64,000 nt of DNA from an uncultured Acidobacteriota bacterium (GTDB lineage: Bacteria; Acidobacteriota; JAQAZP01), in assembly GCA_963836075.1 (NCBI GenBank), contig CAWIIB010000009.1, positions 2,240,001-2,304,000 of the forward strand. Direction: 5' to 3'. The notes under the pieces were generated by a model. That model searched no databases and was not told the DNA's origin. It saw nothing but the letters and a program-made list of their open reading frames with translations. This document shows positions 49,195-59,408 of the stretch, piece after piece. The translations under genes were made by a program, and so were the position numbers. How positions within the stretch are numbered: position 1 is the stretch's first letter; the number at the start of each line of letters is the position of its first letter.

Positions 49195-50687
49195 GCGATT
49201 CCGATACATCCTACGGCATGAGCCGGGAGAACATCCGCCACCGCACCCTCCAGGGGATCGGCTGGAGCGGGGCGCAGCAGGTGGTGCAGCAGCTGCTCAA
49301 GTTCGTCTTTACCATTCTGTTGATGCGGCTGCTCACCCCCGGTGATTTCGGACAGGTGGGCATGGTGCTGGTCTTTGCCGGGGCCGCCCAGCTGTTCAGC
49401 GAGCTGGGCCTGGGGGCGGCGGTGGTCCAGCGCAGAGAGTTGCGGCCCGAGCACCTCGATTCGGTGTTCTGGGCCAACATCGTCGCCGGCGCGGCGCTCA
49501 CCGTTCTCTTTGCCGCGCTGGCCGGGCCCATCGCGACGTTCTACCAGCTGCCGTCGCTGCGGCTGCTGACCGCGGCCATCTCGCTGAACTTCATCATCGG
49601 CTCCTTCCGGGTGATACAGTATTCCCTGCTCCAGCGGGCCATGGCCTTTCGCGAACTGGCCCTGGTGGAGGCGGTGGCGGTGCTGGTCTCCGGCGTCCTG
49701 GCCGTGGGCCTGGCCCTGGCCGGCTACGGCATCTGGAGCCTGGTGGTACAGCTGCTGGCCCTCAACCTCACCGCGGCGGTGCTGCTCTGGGTGATGAGCA
49801 GCTGGCGGCCCTCCTTCTCCTTCCGCTTCCGGGCGCTTCGCGAGCTCTTTTCCTTCAGCCTCAACCTGCTGGGCTTCAGCCTCTTCGACTACAGCGTCAC
49901 CAGAGCCGGCTACCTGCTGATCGGCAAGTTCATCGGCGCCCCGGCCCTGGGGATCTACTCCCGGGCCGACCAGTTGATGCTGATGCCGGTGACCCAGGTG
50001 GCCGCTGTCATCTCCCGGGTGATGTTCCCCGCCCTCTCCGCCATCCAGGACCAGGTGGAGCGGGTGAAGCAGATCTACCTCCGGGCCATCCGCGCCATCT
50101 CCCTCTTCACCTTTCCGGTGATGCTGGGGCTGATGGTCACGGCCAGGCCGTTCGTCCTCGTGCTGCTGGGTGAGCAGTGGGCCGAGGTGATCCCACTGCT
50201 CCAGGTTTTCTGCCTCGCCGGGATAACCATGTCGGTGGGCACCACCGTGGGCTGGATATACACCTCCCAGGGGCGCACCGATATCATGATGCGCTGGGGC
50301 CTCTTCGCCGGCGTGGTGCGGGTCAGCGCCATGGCCATCGGGCTGCGCTGGGGCATTCTCGGTGTGGCCGTGGCCTGGGTGGCCAGCGGCTACCTGATCC
50401 TCTGGTATCCCTCCTGGGCCATCGCCGGCCGGCTGATCAACCTCCGCTTCCCGGAGATGGTTCGCACCCTGGCCGGGAACTTCTTCTGCGCCCTGGGTAT
50501 GGCGGCGGCACTGCTTCTCATCGGACTGGCCGTGCCGGACGGCTGGCCGCTCTGGCTGCTCCTCGGGCTGCAGGTGGCGGCGGGAGGCGTGATATACATA
50601 GTGCTGGTGCTGCTCTTCCGGCTGCGCGCCTGGCGGGAACTGTACCAGCTGTGGGCCGAGCGGAGAAAGGGTCTGGACAATGGATGA
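49191..50687 (+). CDS. Wzx-type polysaccharide flippase (WzxC-like)
   Basis: RLLTPGDFG, ELGLGAAVVQ, IGKFIGAPALGIYSRA and VMFPALS. Confidence 0.88.
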   Translation: MSDSDTSYGMSRENIRHRTLQGIGWSGAQQVVQQLLKFVFTILLMRLLTPGDFGQVGMVLVFAGAAQLFSELGLGAAVVQRRELRPEHLDSVFWANIVAGAALTVLFAALAGPIATFYQLPSLRLLTAAISLNFIIGSFRVIQYSLLQRAMAFRELALVEAVAVLVSGVLAVGLALAGYGIWSLVVQLLALNLTAAVLLWVMSSWRPSFSFRFRALRELFSFSLNLLGFSLFDYSVTRAGYLLIGKFIGAPALGIYSRADQLMLMPVTQVAAVISRVMFPALSAIQDQVERVKQIYLRAIRAISLFTFPVMLGLMVTARPFVLVLLGEQWAEVIPLLQVFCLAGITMSVGTTVGWIYTSQGRTDIMMRWGLFAGVVRVSAMAIGLRWGILGVAVAWVASGYLILWYPSWAIAGRLINLRFPEMVRTLAGNFFCALGMAAALLLIGLAVPDGWPLWLLLGLQVAAGGVIYIVLVLLFRLRAWRELYQLWAERRKGLDNG

Positions 50688-51861
50688 CCGTGCAGTAGAC
50701 AGGCCGTTCGGGGTGGTGCACTACGGGCTCCGCTACCTCCCGCTCACCGAGAACTGGATCTACAGCCAGGTGGCCGGCCTGGAGCAGGTGCGCACCGCCT
50801 TCTACGCCCTCCACGGGGAGAACCGTGAGCAGTTTCCCCTGGAGACCGTCCGTTGCCTCTACGACGACCTGGGCCCGGCCGCGCTCTTCTACAACCGTGC
50901 CTGGTTCAAACTCTTCGGCAGCTACCCGCAGATCCACCGCTGGCTGCGCCGTGACCGGCCGCGGGTGGTCCACGCCCACTTCGGGCCCCGGGGCTGGCAG
51001 TTTCTCCACTACGCCCGGCAGGCCGGCCTGCCGCTGGTCACCAGCTTTTACGGCGCCGACGCGTACCGCTTCCCGGTGGAGGACCCGGCCTGGACCGGGC
51101 GCTACGTCAAGCTCTTTGACCGGGGGCGCCTGGTGCTGGCCGAAGGGCCGGCCATGCGCCGGCGGCTCATCGAACTGGGCTGTCCGCCGAACAAGGTGCG
51201 GGTGCACAACATCGGTGTCTCCCTGGAGCGCTACCAGTACCGGGCCCGGGAAGCGGACGGCCCGTTGCGGCTGATGGTCTGCGGCCGGTTCGAAGAGAAG
51301 AAGGGATTTCCCATCGCCGTCAGGGCGCTGGCCCGGTTGCGAAGCAAGACCGGCCGGGAGGTCACCCTGACCATTGTGGGTGATTCGGACCGCCAGGGGA
51401 CCATGACCCCCGAGAAGCGGAAGATCGTCGACGCGGTGGAGCAGGGCGGCCTGGGGGACGCGGTGCGGATCACCGGCTACGTGCCCCACGATGAGCTGGT
51501 GCGGCTGGTCTACCAGCACCACATCTTTCTCGCCCCCAGCATCCACGCCGCCGACGGCGACGCCGAAGGCGGGTTCCCGGTGATCCTCACCGAGGTGCTG
51601 GGCAGCGGGATGCCGGTGGTGGCCTCGGACCACTGCGACATCCCGGAGATCGTGCGCCACGGCCGCTGGGGCTGCATCGTGCCCCAGAACGACCCCGAGG
51701 CCCTGGCCGGGGCTCTGGAGCAGCTGATCAACGAGCCGGAGCGCTGGCCGGAGATGGGCCGGGAGGGCCGGCGACACGTGGAGCAGAACTACGACATCGC
51801 CATGCTGAGCCGGGACCTGGAATCGATCTACCGCGAAATTGCGGCGGAGGGAGAAGCGTGA
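50680..51861 (+). CDS. Glycosyltransferase family 4 (WcaL-like)
   Basis: VHAHFG, TSFYGAD, GRFEEKKG and DAEGGFPVILTE. Confidence 0.88.
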   Translation: MDDRAVDRPFGVVHYGLRYLPLTENWIYSQVAGLEQVRTAFYALHGENREQFPLETVRCLYDDLGPAALFYNRAWFKLFGSYPQIHRWLRRDRPRVVHAHFGPRGWQFLHYARQAGLPLVTSFYGADAYRFPVEDPAWTGRYVKLFDRGRLVLAEGPAMRRRLIELGCPPNKVRVHNIGVSLERYQYRAREADGPLRLMVCGRFEEKKGFPIAVRALARLRSKTGREVTLTIVGDSDRQGTMTPEKRKIVDAVEQGGLGDAVRITGYVPHDELVRLVYQHHIFLAPSIHAADGDAEGGFPVILTEVLGSGMPVVASDHCDIPEIVRHGRWGCIVPQNDPEALAGALEQLINEPERWPEMGREGRRHVEQNYDIAMLSRDLESIYREIAAEGEA

Positions 51862-53030
51862 AGCGCATACTTTTCGTTTCCCACTCGGCAAAACTCTACG
51901 GCGCCGAGCGCAGCCTGCACCTGCTGGCCGCCGGACTGGACCGCAGCCGTTACCAGCCGCTGGCGGTGCTGCCTGACCGGGGGCCGCTGGCCGAGCTGCT
52001 GGAGCGCGACAGGGTGGAAGTGGAAATTGTCCGTTGCCCCTGGTGGGTGCGCAGCGCCGGCCGCGGTGGGAAAGTCATGGCCCTGCTGGCGCTGCCCGCG
52101 GTGATGGTCCGCGAGGCGCTGGCCACCACCCGTCTCTGCCGCCTGATCCGCCGCCGGGGAATCGACCTGGTCTATACCAATACGGCGGTGATCCTCAGCG
52201 GTATGCTGGCGGCCAGACTCTGCGGCCGGCCTCACCTGTGGCACGTGCGGGAAATCCTGCCCGGCAACCAGGACCTGCTGGCCCTGTTGCCCCTTGGCCT
52301 GCTGCACCGGCTGATCCTGCGGTTCTCCCGAACGGTGCTGACCAACTCGGTGGCCACCGCCGCGCCGCTGGGCCGCTGTGACCGGCAGGGCAAGCTGCAG
52401 GTGGTGCCCAATGCGGTGGCGCCGTTGCCGGCGGACACGCCGCCGGCCGACCTGTGCGCCGTGGAGGGCCTCGACCCGCAGGACTGGGTGGTGGCCTGGA
52501 TCGGGTCGCTCCAGCCGCGCAAGGCGCCGGAGGATGCCATCCGCGCCGTGGCCCTGGCCCGGGAGCGGATACCGCGGCTCAAGCTGCTGCTGATGGGTGA
52601 CGGGTGGGCCGACTATGTCCATGGCCTGCACCGGCTGGCCGTGGAACGCGGGGTTGCCGGGGAGGTGGTCTTTGCCGGGTATCGCCCCGATGCCCGGCAG
52701 CTGCTCTCCGCTTGCCGGGCCCTGGTGATGACCGCTCCTGACGAACCTTTTGGCCGGGTGGTGGCCGAGGCGATGCTCGACGGGGTGCCGGTGGTGGCGG
52801 TGGACGGTGGCGGAGTGGCCGAACTGGTGGAAGACCGGGTGGACGGCCTGCTCTGCCCGCCGGGAGATCCCAGGAAAATGGCCCGCGGCCTGGAGCAGCT
52901 TCACGACGAGCCGGTCCTGGCCGCCCGGTTGGCCCGTGCGGCCCGCCAGAAGGCAGCCGGGGCCTGGGCGCCGGAGAGGTATCTGCGGGAGATCGAAGCG
53001 GCGATAACCGGGGCAATGGGGGACAGGTGA
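51858..53030 (+). CDS. Glycosyltransferase family 4
   Basis: YGAERSL, WHVRE and EPFGRVVAEAM. Confidence 0.88.
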   Translation: MKRILFVSHSAKLYGAERSLHLLAAGLDRSRYQPLAVLPDRGPLAELLERDRVEVEIVRCPWWVRSAGRGGKVMALLALPAVMVREALATTRLCRLIRRRGIDLVYTNTAVILSGMLAARLCGRPHLWHVREILPGNQDLLALLPLGLLHRLILRFSRTVLTNSVATAAPLGRCDRQGKLQVVPNAVAPLPADTPPADLCAVEGLDPQDWVVAWIGSLQPRKAPEDAIRAVALARERIPRLKLLLMGDGWADYVHGLHRLAVERGVAGEVVFAGYRPDARQLLSACRALVMTAPDEPFGRVVAEAMLDGVPVVAVDGGGVAELVEDRVDGLLCPPGDPRKMARGLEQLHDEPVLAARLARAARQKAAGAWAPERYLREIEAAITGAMGDR

Positions 53031-54056
53031 TGGGTGAAGAGCGGCCCGTGGTGTCGGTGGTGCTGGTGCTCTGGAACTGTGAGACCTTCCTCCGTCCCTG
53101 CCTCGACTCCCTCCGTGCCCAGACTCTCGCCGATGTGGAAGTGGTGGCCGTTGACAACGCTTCGGACGATGGCTCAGCCGGGCTGTTCACCGCCGGGATG
53201 CCCGACTGCCGGCTCCAGCGCAACGAGCGCAATCTCGGCTTTGCCGGAGCGGCCAACCAGGGCATCGACATGACCTCCGGCGAGTTCGTGCTGCTGCTCA
53301 ACCCCGACGTGGTGCTGCAGGCCGACTTTCTCGAGCAGCTGACCGCCGCCCTGCGCGGCGCCGGTGACCGCACCGGCTGGGCCGCGGCCCGGCTGCTGCG
53401 CATGAACCAGGGGGAGCCCACCAATGTGATCGATTCCACCGGACACTTCCTCACCCGGGCCCGCTACCCGCACAACCGTGGCTGGGGGGAGGATGACCGC
53501 GGGCAGTACCGACGATGCCCTGGAGGTCTTTGGCAGTTGCGCTGCCGCCGCCCTCTATCGCCGGGAGATGCTCGACGACATCCGGGTGCGGGGCGAGGTC
53601 TTCGACGCCGACTTCAGCAGTTACTTCGAGGACGCCGACCTCGACTGGCGGGCCGTGCTGGCCGGCTGGAGCTGCCTCCATGTCCCCGAAGCGGTGGCCT
53701 GGCACGAGCGGGGCGGGTCGGGCGGGGAAGCCCTGGTCCGGGTGAAGAAGGACATGATCCGCAACCACCTGCTGATGATGGTCAAGAACGACCGGCTGGG
53801 GATGATCATCGCCGATTTGCCCTACATCGCCATGTACTGGATCAGGATGCTGGGCCGGATGCTGACGGCCCCGCGTCTTTTCGGCGGGCTGTTCGCGGCG
53901 CTGGTGCTTCTGCCGCGGATGCTGGGCAAGCGCTGGCGGATCCAGAAGAAGCGCACGGTGTCGAACAGGGAGATGCGTTCATGGTTCGTCGATCTGGGTT
54001 TGCGGGAGAAGGTGGGGATGGTGCTCCAGCGGGCCACGGGAGGCCGGAATGACTAG
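53030..54056 (+). CDS. Glycosyltransferase family 2; +1 frameshift at ~53510
   Basis: VDNASDDGS, NLGFAGAANQG, LLNPD and GQY are in one frame. DDALEVFGSCAAAALYRR, YFEDADL and AVAWH are in the next frame. An extra C lies at TAC-C-GAC. Confidence 0.82.
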
Positions 54057-55206
54057 GGCCACCAGACCGCCGCTGGTGGCCCACTGCCTGGGCACCCTGC
54101 GGCTGGCCGGCACCGAGAAGGAGGTGCTCTCCTTCCTGCGCTACGGCGACCCGCAACGGTTCCGCAACCTGGTGCTGCTGCCCCCCGGCGAGGGGCCGCT
54201 CCGTGGGCTGCTGGAGCAGACAGGCCGGGCCGAAGTGCTCGACGCGCCATCGTCGATTCCCGGCCGGGCTGCCCTTTTCCGCCGCCTGGGTGTCGATCTG
54301 GTCCACGTGCTCGCTTCCCGCCGGGACGCCCTGGCCGGCCGGCTGGCCGGTGCCCTGGTGGTTCAGAAACGGAACCTGCCGATCCGCGGTTACGCCAGCC
54401 GCTATGTCAAACAACCCCTGGCCGACCGACTGCTCACCCGCTGTCTGTGCCACGGCACGGTGACCGTGGCCCGGGCGCTGAAGGACGATCTGGTGACCCA
54501 CGGCGGTTTCGACCCCCGGCGGATCGCCGTGGTGCCCAATGGTATCGAAACCATGCTTTACCGCCCTGGGGAAGGGGAGGCGGAAGCGGTGCGGGTCCGG
54601 CACGGACTGCCGACCCGGGATTCGGGCACCCTGCTGGTGGGTACCGTGGCCCGCCTCCACCCGCAAAAGGGACTGCAGCATCTGCTGGCCTCAGTGCCTG
54701 CGGTGCTGGAACAATATCCGGACACGCTCTTTGTCATTGCCGGCGAAGGTGAGGAGGAGGCCAACCTGAAACAGGCTGCCCGGCAACTGGGGAGTGCCGG
54801 CGAGCGGATCAGGTTCCTGGGGTTCGAGAGCGAGGTTCCGGCCCTGCTCTCCCTGTTCGATGTCTTTGCCCTCTCCAGTCTCTGGGAGGGGATGCCCTTT
54901 GCCATCCTCGAGGCGATGGCCGCAGGCCGGCCGCAGGTGGTCACCGACGTGGACGGCTGCCGGGAGTTGGTGCGGGAAGGGGATACCGGCTTCCTCGTCC
55001 CGCCGGAACAACCCGCGCTGCTGGCTGAGGGGATCTGCCGCCTGCTGGGGGACGTGGAATTACGCCGGCGGATGGGCGGGGCCGCGCAGCGCCGTGCCGA
55101 AGAAGCGTTTTCCCCCGGCCTTTCCGCCACACGCCTGGAGGACGTCTTCCAGGCCCTGCTGGAGGGGCGGTCCGCAGCGTCGGCCAGTGTGGAGGATAAC
55201 AAATGA
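54049..55206 (+). CDS. Glycosyltransferase family 4
   Basis: VVPNG, VARLHPQKG and SLWEGMPFAILEAMA. Confidence 0.88.
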   Translation: MTRATRPPLVAHCLGTLRLAGTEKEVLSFLRYGDPQRFRNLVLLPPGEGPLRGLLEQTGRAEVLDAPSSIPGRAALFRRLGVDLVHVLASRRDALAGRLAGALVVQKRNLPIRGYASRYVKQPLADRLLTRCLCHGTVTVARALKDDLVTHGGFDPRRIAVVPNGIETMLYRPGEGEAEAVRVRHGLPTRDSGTLLVGTVARLHPQKGLQHLLASVPAVLEQYPDTLFVIAGEGEEEANLKQAARQLGSAGERIRFLGFESEVPALLSLFDVFALSSLWEGMPFAILEAMAAGRPQVVTDVDGCRELVREGDTGFLVPPEQPALLAEGICRLLGDVELRRRMGGAAQRRAEEAFSPGLSATRLEDVFQALLEGRSAASASVEDNK

Positions 55207-55940
55207 CTGCACCGGTACCGGATCTGGAGAACCTGTTGGCCGGAGCCCGCAGGGTGGTGGTTTTCACCGGCGCGGGGATATCGGCCGAAAGCGGCATCCC
55301 AACCTATCGTGGCGACGACGGGGTCTGGAACAAGTACGACCCGGCGAAGTATGCCGAGATCGGCAACTTTCTCGCCGATCCGGCTTACTACTGGAGCTTC
55401 TTTCGCGAGGTGCGTTACCCGGTGCTCCGTGAGGCCCGGCCCAACCCGGCCCATCTGGCATTGGCCCGTATGGAGCAGCGGGGGAAGCTGTCGGCGGTGA
55501 TCACCCAGAACATCGACGGCCTGCACCAGGAGGCCGGGTCAAAGAGGGTGCTGGAGCTTCACGGCAACACCAGGCGCATATCCTGTCTCGGCTGCGGAAA
55601 GGGCTATTCACTGGACATAGTGCACGCCCGATTGGAAGAGGTCTTCCCGCCCGACTGCCCGGCCTGCGGAGGCGTGCTCAAACCGGAGGTAGTCTTTTTC
55701 GGCGAGTCTCTGCCTTCGGAGGTGCTTGACGAAGCGGTGAACGAGACCCGTGAGTGCGACCTTTTTCTGGTGATCGGCAGTTCACTGGTGGTCCAGCCCG
55801 CGGCCTCCCTGCCTCCGCTGGCGGTGCAGGGCGGCGCCAGGCTGGTGATCATCAACCGCGACCCCACACCGCTGGACCAGATGGCCCACCTGGTACTGCA
55901 CGAGAAGGCTTCCCACGTCCTGGGCTCGCTGGCCTGCTAG
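55203..55940 (+). CDS. cobB: Sir2-family NAD-dependent protein deacylase
   Basis: GAGISAESGIPTYR, TQNIDGLHQ, LHGN, two CxxC motifs and IGSSLVVQPAA. Confidence 0.9.
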   Translation: MTAPVPDLENLLAGARRVVVFTGAGISAESGIPTYRGDDGVWNKYDPAKYAEIGNFLADPAYYWSFFREVRYPVLREARPNPAHLALARMEQRGKLSAVITQNIDGLHQEAGSKRVLELHGNTRRISCLGCGKGYSLDIVHARLEEVFPPDCPACGGVLKPEVVFFGESLPSEVLDEAVNETRECDLFLVIGSSLVVQPAASLPPLAVQGGARLVIINRDPTPLDQMAHLVLHEKASHVLGSLAC

Positions 55941-56275
55941 AATGCCGACCCGGCCCGGATCAGAATGCCGATGACCTTGTCGTTCTTCAGTTCGGCAACC
56001 ACCGAGGTGTTGGGCCTGACCACAGCCTCGGAGACCCGCAGCATCTGGTCCATTGCCTCCCAGCTGTCGCCCGCACCCTCGATGGCCAGTCCGTTGACCA
56101 GGTGAACCGTGTAACTGACCGATCCGGTGTTCAGCGGATCGAGGTAGACATCGATGGTCTTGACCCGTTCCTGGCCCGAAATGCCCAGGCCGGCCTGTCC
56201 CGGTTCGGACGGGATGAGGAATAGCAGGAAGAACAGGGCGGTGACGGTCAGCAGAGCGATACGATACCTCTTCAT
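55937..56275 (-). CDS. Small secreted hypothetical protein
   Basis: GGAGG RBS and MKRYRIALLTVTALFFLLFLIPSEPGQA signal peptide; 112 aa. Confidence 0.6.
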   Translation of the reverse strand: MKRYRIALLTVTALFFLLFLIPSEPGQAGLGISGQERVKTIDVYLDPLNTGSVSYTVHLVNGLAIEGAGDSWEAMDQMLRVSEAVVRPNTSVVAELKNDKVIGILIRAGSAF

Positions 56276-56410
56276 ATTGTGATCCTCCATTGCTCTCCGA
56301 AAGGGTTGGCGGTCTCTTTTCTCATCGTTTAGAATAAGTATACGCATCTTGGGGGGCTCGTGTACTGACGGGCCCCGGTTATTCATTCCCCTGGATTCAT
56401 GGAGAGGTTG

Positions 56411-57910
56411 ATGCAGCGGTCCGGCCCGCAATCCGATGGCGCTGAACATGACGCACTGGCCCGCCAACTGGCCCTGTTTGGTGTAGCCCTGCTCCGGCGG
56501 AACCCCGACGTGAACTACGGTGATCTGCGCTTTACCTCGCAGTCGGCGCGGACCCTCTCGGTGAAGAACGGAGAAATGGACCGGGTCACCGACAGCGAGG
56601 ACCGGGGTTTCGGCGTTCGCCTGCTGGCCGGCGGATCGTGGGGTTTTGCCGCCTCCTCCGAACTGAGCGAGGAGGCCGTGGTTCGTGCCGCGGCCCGTGC
56701 GGTGGAGGTGGCGCGGACCAGCGCGGCCCTGGGTGGCCGGACGGTGGATCTCTGCGGGTCCGAGCCGGTGGTGGCCGATCACGAGGAGCCGGTGGCCGAG
56801 AACCCGCTGTCCGTTCCGCTGGACCAGCCGCTGGACCTGATGGTCCGGGTCAGCGAACGGATGATGCGGGTGTCGCCGTCGATCAGGGTGGCTTCGGCCC
56901 AGATGGACTTCAGCGGCCACGGCCGCCTGTTCGCCAGCACCGAGGGCTCACTGGTCCGCCAGCGATGGTTGCAGACGGGTGGTGAGCTGGCGGCCACGGC
57001 CATCGAGGGCGGCAAGGTGCAGGTGCGCTCGTGGCCTGCTTCCATGGGCGGCAACCATGTGCGCGGCGGATACGAGTTCATCCGGCAACTGGATTTTCCG
57101 GGCCACGCCGAGCGGGTGGCCGGCGAGGCCGTCGAACTGCTCACCGCACCGCCCTGTCCGGCCGGGGTGACCGACCTGGTGGTTGATTCGTCCCAGATGG
57201 CCCTGCAGATCCACGAATCCTGCGGGCATGCGGTGGAACTGGACCGCGTGATCGGCGACGAGATCAGCCTGGCCGGGGGCAGTTTTCTCGGTCTGGAGAA
57301 GAGGGGGCGGTTTCGCTTCGGTTCCCCGCTGGTCAACATTGTGGCCGACGCCACCCTTCCCGGCGCCCTGGGTTCCTTCGCCTTTGACGACGAGGGGGTT
57401 CCCGGCGCCCGTTTTCACGTGGTGCGGGAAGGTCTGTTCAGCGGCTACCTCGCCTCCCGGGAAACCGCATCGGTGCTGGGCCTGGAGCGGAGCAACGGCA
57501 CCATGCGGGCCGACAGTTGGCGCAACTTCCCCCTGATCCGGATGACCAACATCAATCTTGAGCCGGGGGAGGGCAGTCTCGAGGATCTGGTGGCCGGGGT
57601 GAGAAACGGAGTGTATGTGGAAACCAACCGCAGCTGGAGCATCGACGACATGCGGCTCAATTTCCAGTTCGGCATGGAACTGGGCCGGGAAATCCGCAAC
57701 GGCAGGCTCGGCGGTCTGCTGCGCAACCCCATCTACTCCGGGGTCACACCGCAGTTCTGGGCGGCGTGCGACGGTATTGCCGGGCCGGAGGCCTGGCAGG
57801 TCTGGGGCATCCCCAACTGTGGCAAGGGCGAGCCGCTGCAGGTGGCCCACGTGGGACACGGCTCCTCCCCGGCGCGTTTCCGCAACGTCCAGGTGGGGGT
57901 GAACCCGTGA
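56411..57910 (+). CDS. tldD: TldD family metalloprotease
   Basis: GFGVRLL..GSWGFA, HESCGHAVELDR, FDDEG, RMTNINL and CGKGEP. Confidence 0.9.
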   Translation: MQRSGPQSDGAEHDALARQLALFGVALLRRNPDVNYGDLRFTSQSARTLSVKNGEMDRVTDSEDRGFGVRLLAGGSWGFAASSELSEEAVVRAAARAVEVARTSAALGGRTVDLCGSEPVVADHEEPVAENPLSVPLDQPLDLMVRVSERMMRVSPSIRVASAQMDFSGHGRLFASTEGSLVRQRWLQTGGELAATAIEGGKVQVRSWPASMGGNHVRGGYEFIRQLDFPGHAERVAGEAVELLTAPPCPAGVTDLVVDSSQMALQIHESCGHAVELDRVIGDEISLAGGSFLGLEKRGRFRFGSPLVNIVADATLPGALGSFAFDDEGVPGARFHVVREGLFSGYLASRETASVLGLERSNGTMRADSWRNFPLIRMTNINLEPGEGSLEDLVAGVRNGVYVETNRSWSIDDMRLNFQFGMELGREIRNGRLGGLLRNPIYSGVTPQFWAACDGIAGPEAWQVWGIPNCGKGEPLQVAHVGHGSSPARFRNVQVGVNP

Positions 57911-59253
57911 TCCACAGTGGTGCGGTAGTGGAACGGCTCCGGGATCTGGTGGGGCGCGGTCCGCACCAGGCCGAGGCGGTGTTCAATTCCTCCCGCACCG
58001 GCATGACCCGCTTTGCCGCGTCGAGAATCCATCAGAACCTGGAGCGCCGGGAGGCCGATGTCCTTTTCCGGGTGGCCCTGGACCGGCGGATCGGTGTGGC
58101 CCGGACCAGCGAGCTCAGCCCGGCCGGTCTGGCAGCCTGTCTGGGTCGCGCCCAGGCCATCGCCCGGCTGCAGAAACCCAACCCCTGGTTCACCGGTCTT
58201 CCTGCGGGACCGGCCGACAGTCCACCGGCGGCAGTGGTATTGGCCGATCCGGAACCTGTCCGGCGGCTGGAACTGGCCCACCACCTGTTGCAGGAAGTGG
58301 TGGCGCGGGGTCTGCAGGCCGCCGGTTCCCTCTCAACCGTGGGCGGTGAACTGGCGGTGGTCAACTCCGAGGGCCGGTTCGCCCGCACTCCTTACCGCCT
58401 GGCGGAGAGCGTGCTGATCGCCATGGAGGGCAACGGTGGCGACGGCCCATCGGGCTACGCTTCCTGGGCCGGCCATGACCTGGAGAGTCTCGATACCCCC
58501 CACCTGGCCGCGGTGGCAGCGGAGAAGTGCGTCGCCGGACAGCAGGTGGTGGAACTGGCCCACGGTCCCCTGGACGTGCTGCTGGAACCGCCGGCGGTGG
58601 CCGGCCTGTTCAACTGGCTCAGCTACATCGGGTTCGGCGGAAAACAGTTCAACGAGGGGACCAGTTTCCTTTCAGAGCGGCTGGGCGAGAGGATCACCGG
58701 TTCCGAAGTGACCCTCTACGATGATCACGCGGAGATCGACGGCATGGGACTGGGCATCGATTTTGAAGGGGTTGCGCGGCAACGGGTGGAACTGATTCAC
58801 CAGGGTACGGCCGCCGGCGTGGTCCACGACAGTCTTACCGCCGCCAGGGCCGGGGCGACCACCACCGGTCACGCGCTGATGTCGGATGCCGATTGGGGAC
58901 CGCTGCCCCTGAACCTGGCCATGGTGCCGGGGGACGCCACCCGGGAAGAGATGGTTTGCTCCATGGACCGTGGACTGGTGGTCACCCGCTTCCACTATCT
59001 CAACGGGCTGCTGGACACGCGGCGGGCCCTGTTCACCGGGATGACCCGCGACGGCACGTTCCTGGTCCGCAAGGGCCGGGTTGCGGGATCCGTGGCCAAC
59101 CTGCGCTTCACCGAACCGATGCTCGAGGCCCTTTCCCGCATCGCGGCCATCGGCAGTGAGCGGCAGTCGCTGGGCACCTGGTCCGGCCGCGGGGCCACCT
59201 GCACCGTACCGTCGATCCTGATTCGCGACTTTCACTTCGACAATGGGGACTGA
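57907..59253 (+). CDS. TldD/PmbA (TldE) family protein
   Basis: GTG overlaps the tldD stop. TRFAASRIHQN, DFEG and TGMTRDG are present, with no HExxH. Confidence 0.85.
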   Translation: MIHSGAVVERLRDLVGRGPHQAEAVFNSSRTGMTRFAASRIHQNLERREADVLFRVALDRRIGVARTSELSPAGLAACLGRAQAIARLQKPNPWFTGLPAGPADSPPAAVVLADPEPVRRLELAHHLLQEVVARGLQAAGSLSTVGGELAVVNSEGRFARTPYRLAESVLIAMEGNGGDGPSGYASWAGHDLESLDTPHLAAVAAEKCVAGQQVVELAHGPLDVLLEPPAVAGLFNWLSYIGFGGKQFNEGTSFLSERLGERITGSEVTLYDDHAEIDGMGLGIDFEGVARQRVELIHQGTAAGVVHDSLTAARAGATTTGHALMSDADWGPLPLNLAMVPGDATREEMVCSMDRGLVVTRFHYLNGLLDTRRALFTGMTRDGTFLVRKGRVAGSVANLRFTEPMLEALSRIAAIGSERQSLGTWSGRGATCTVPSILIRDFHFDNGD

Positions 59254-59297
59254 CCGCTTTCCTTGTACGGCATGATGAAGTAGAGTGCAGCGGCGCT

Positions 59298-59394
59298 TGT
59301 CATCGCCAGCGCAGCGAAGCGATCTCCACCACAGCGATACTGACATTCGGGAGATTGCGTCGTTGACGGCTTCGCCGTCTCCTCGCAAATGACA
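59298..59394. repeat. REP-like palindromic intergenic element (GTCAT.GC.AGCGCAGCGAAGC.ATCTC...GAGATTGC.TCG...CTCGCAA.TGAC type)
   Basis: Terminal TGTCAT/ATGACA inverted ends, internal GCGATCTCC/GGAGATTGC pairing and a GACGGC-TTC-GCCGTC hairpin. Confidence 0.6.
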
Positions 59395-59408
59395 TGAGGA
59401 GGTACACG

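Noticed and set aside
55203-55940. Sir2 as an anti-phage defence component
   Set aside because: It is a canonical zinc-finger CobB-type deacylase with no defence partner genes nearby.
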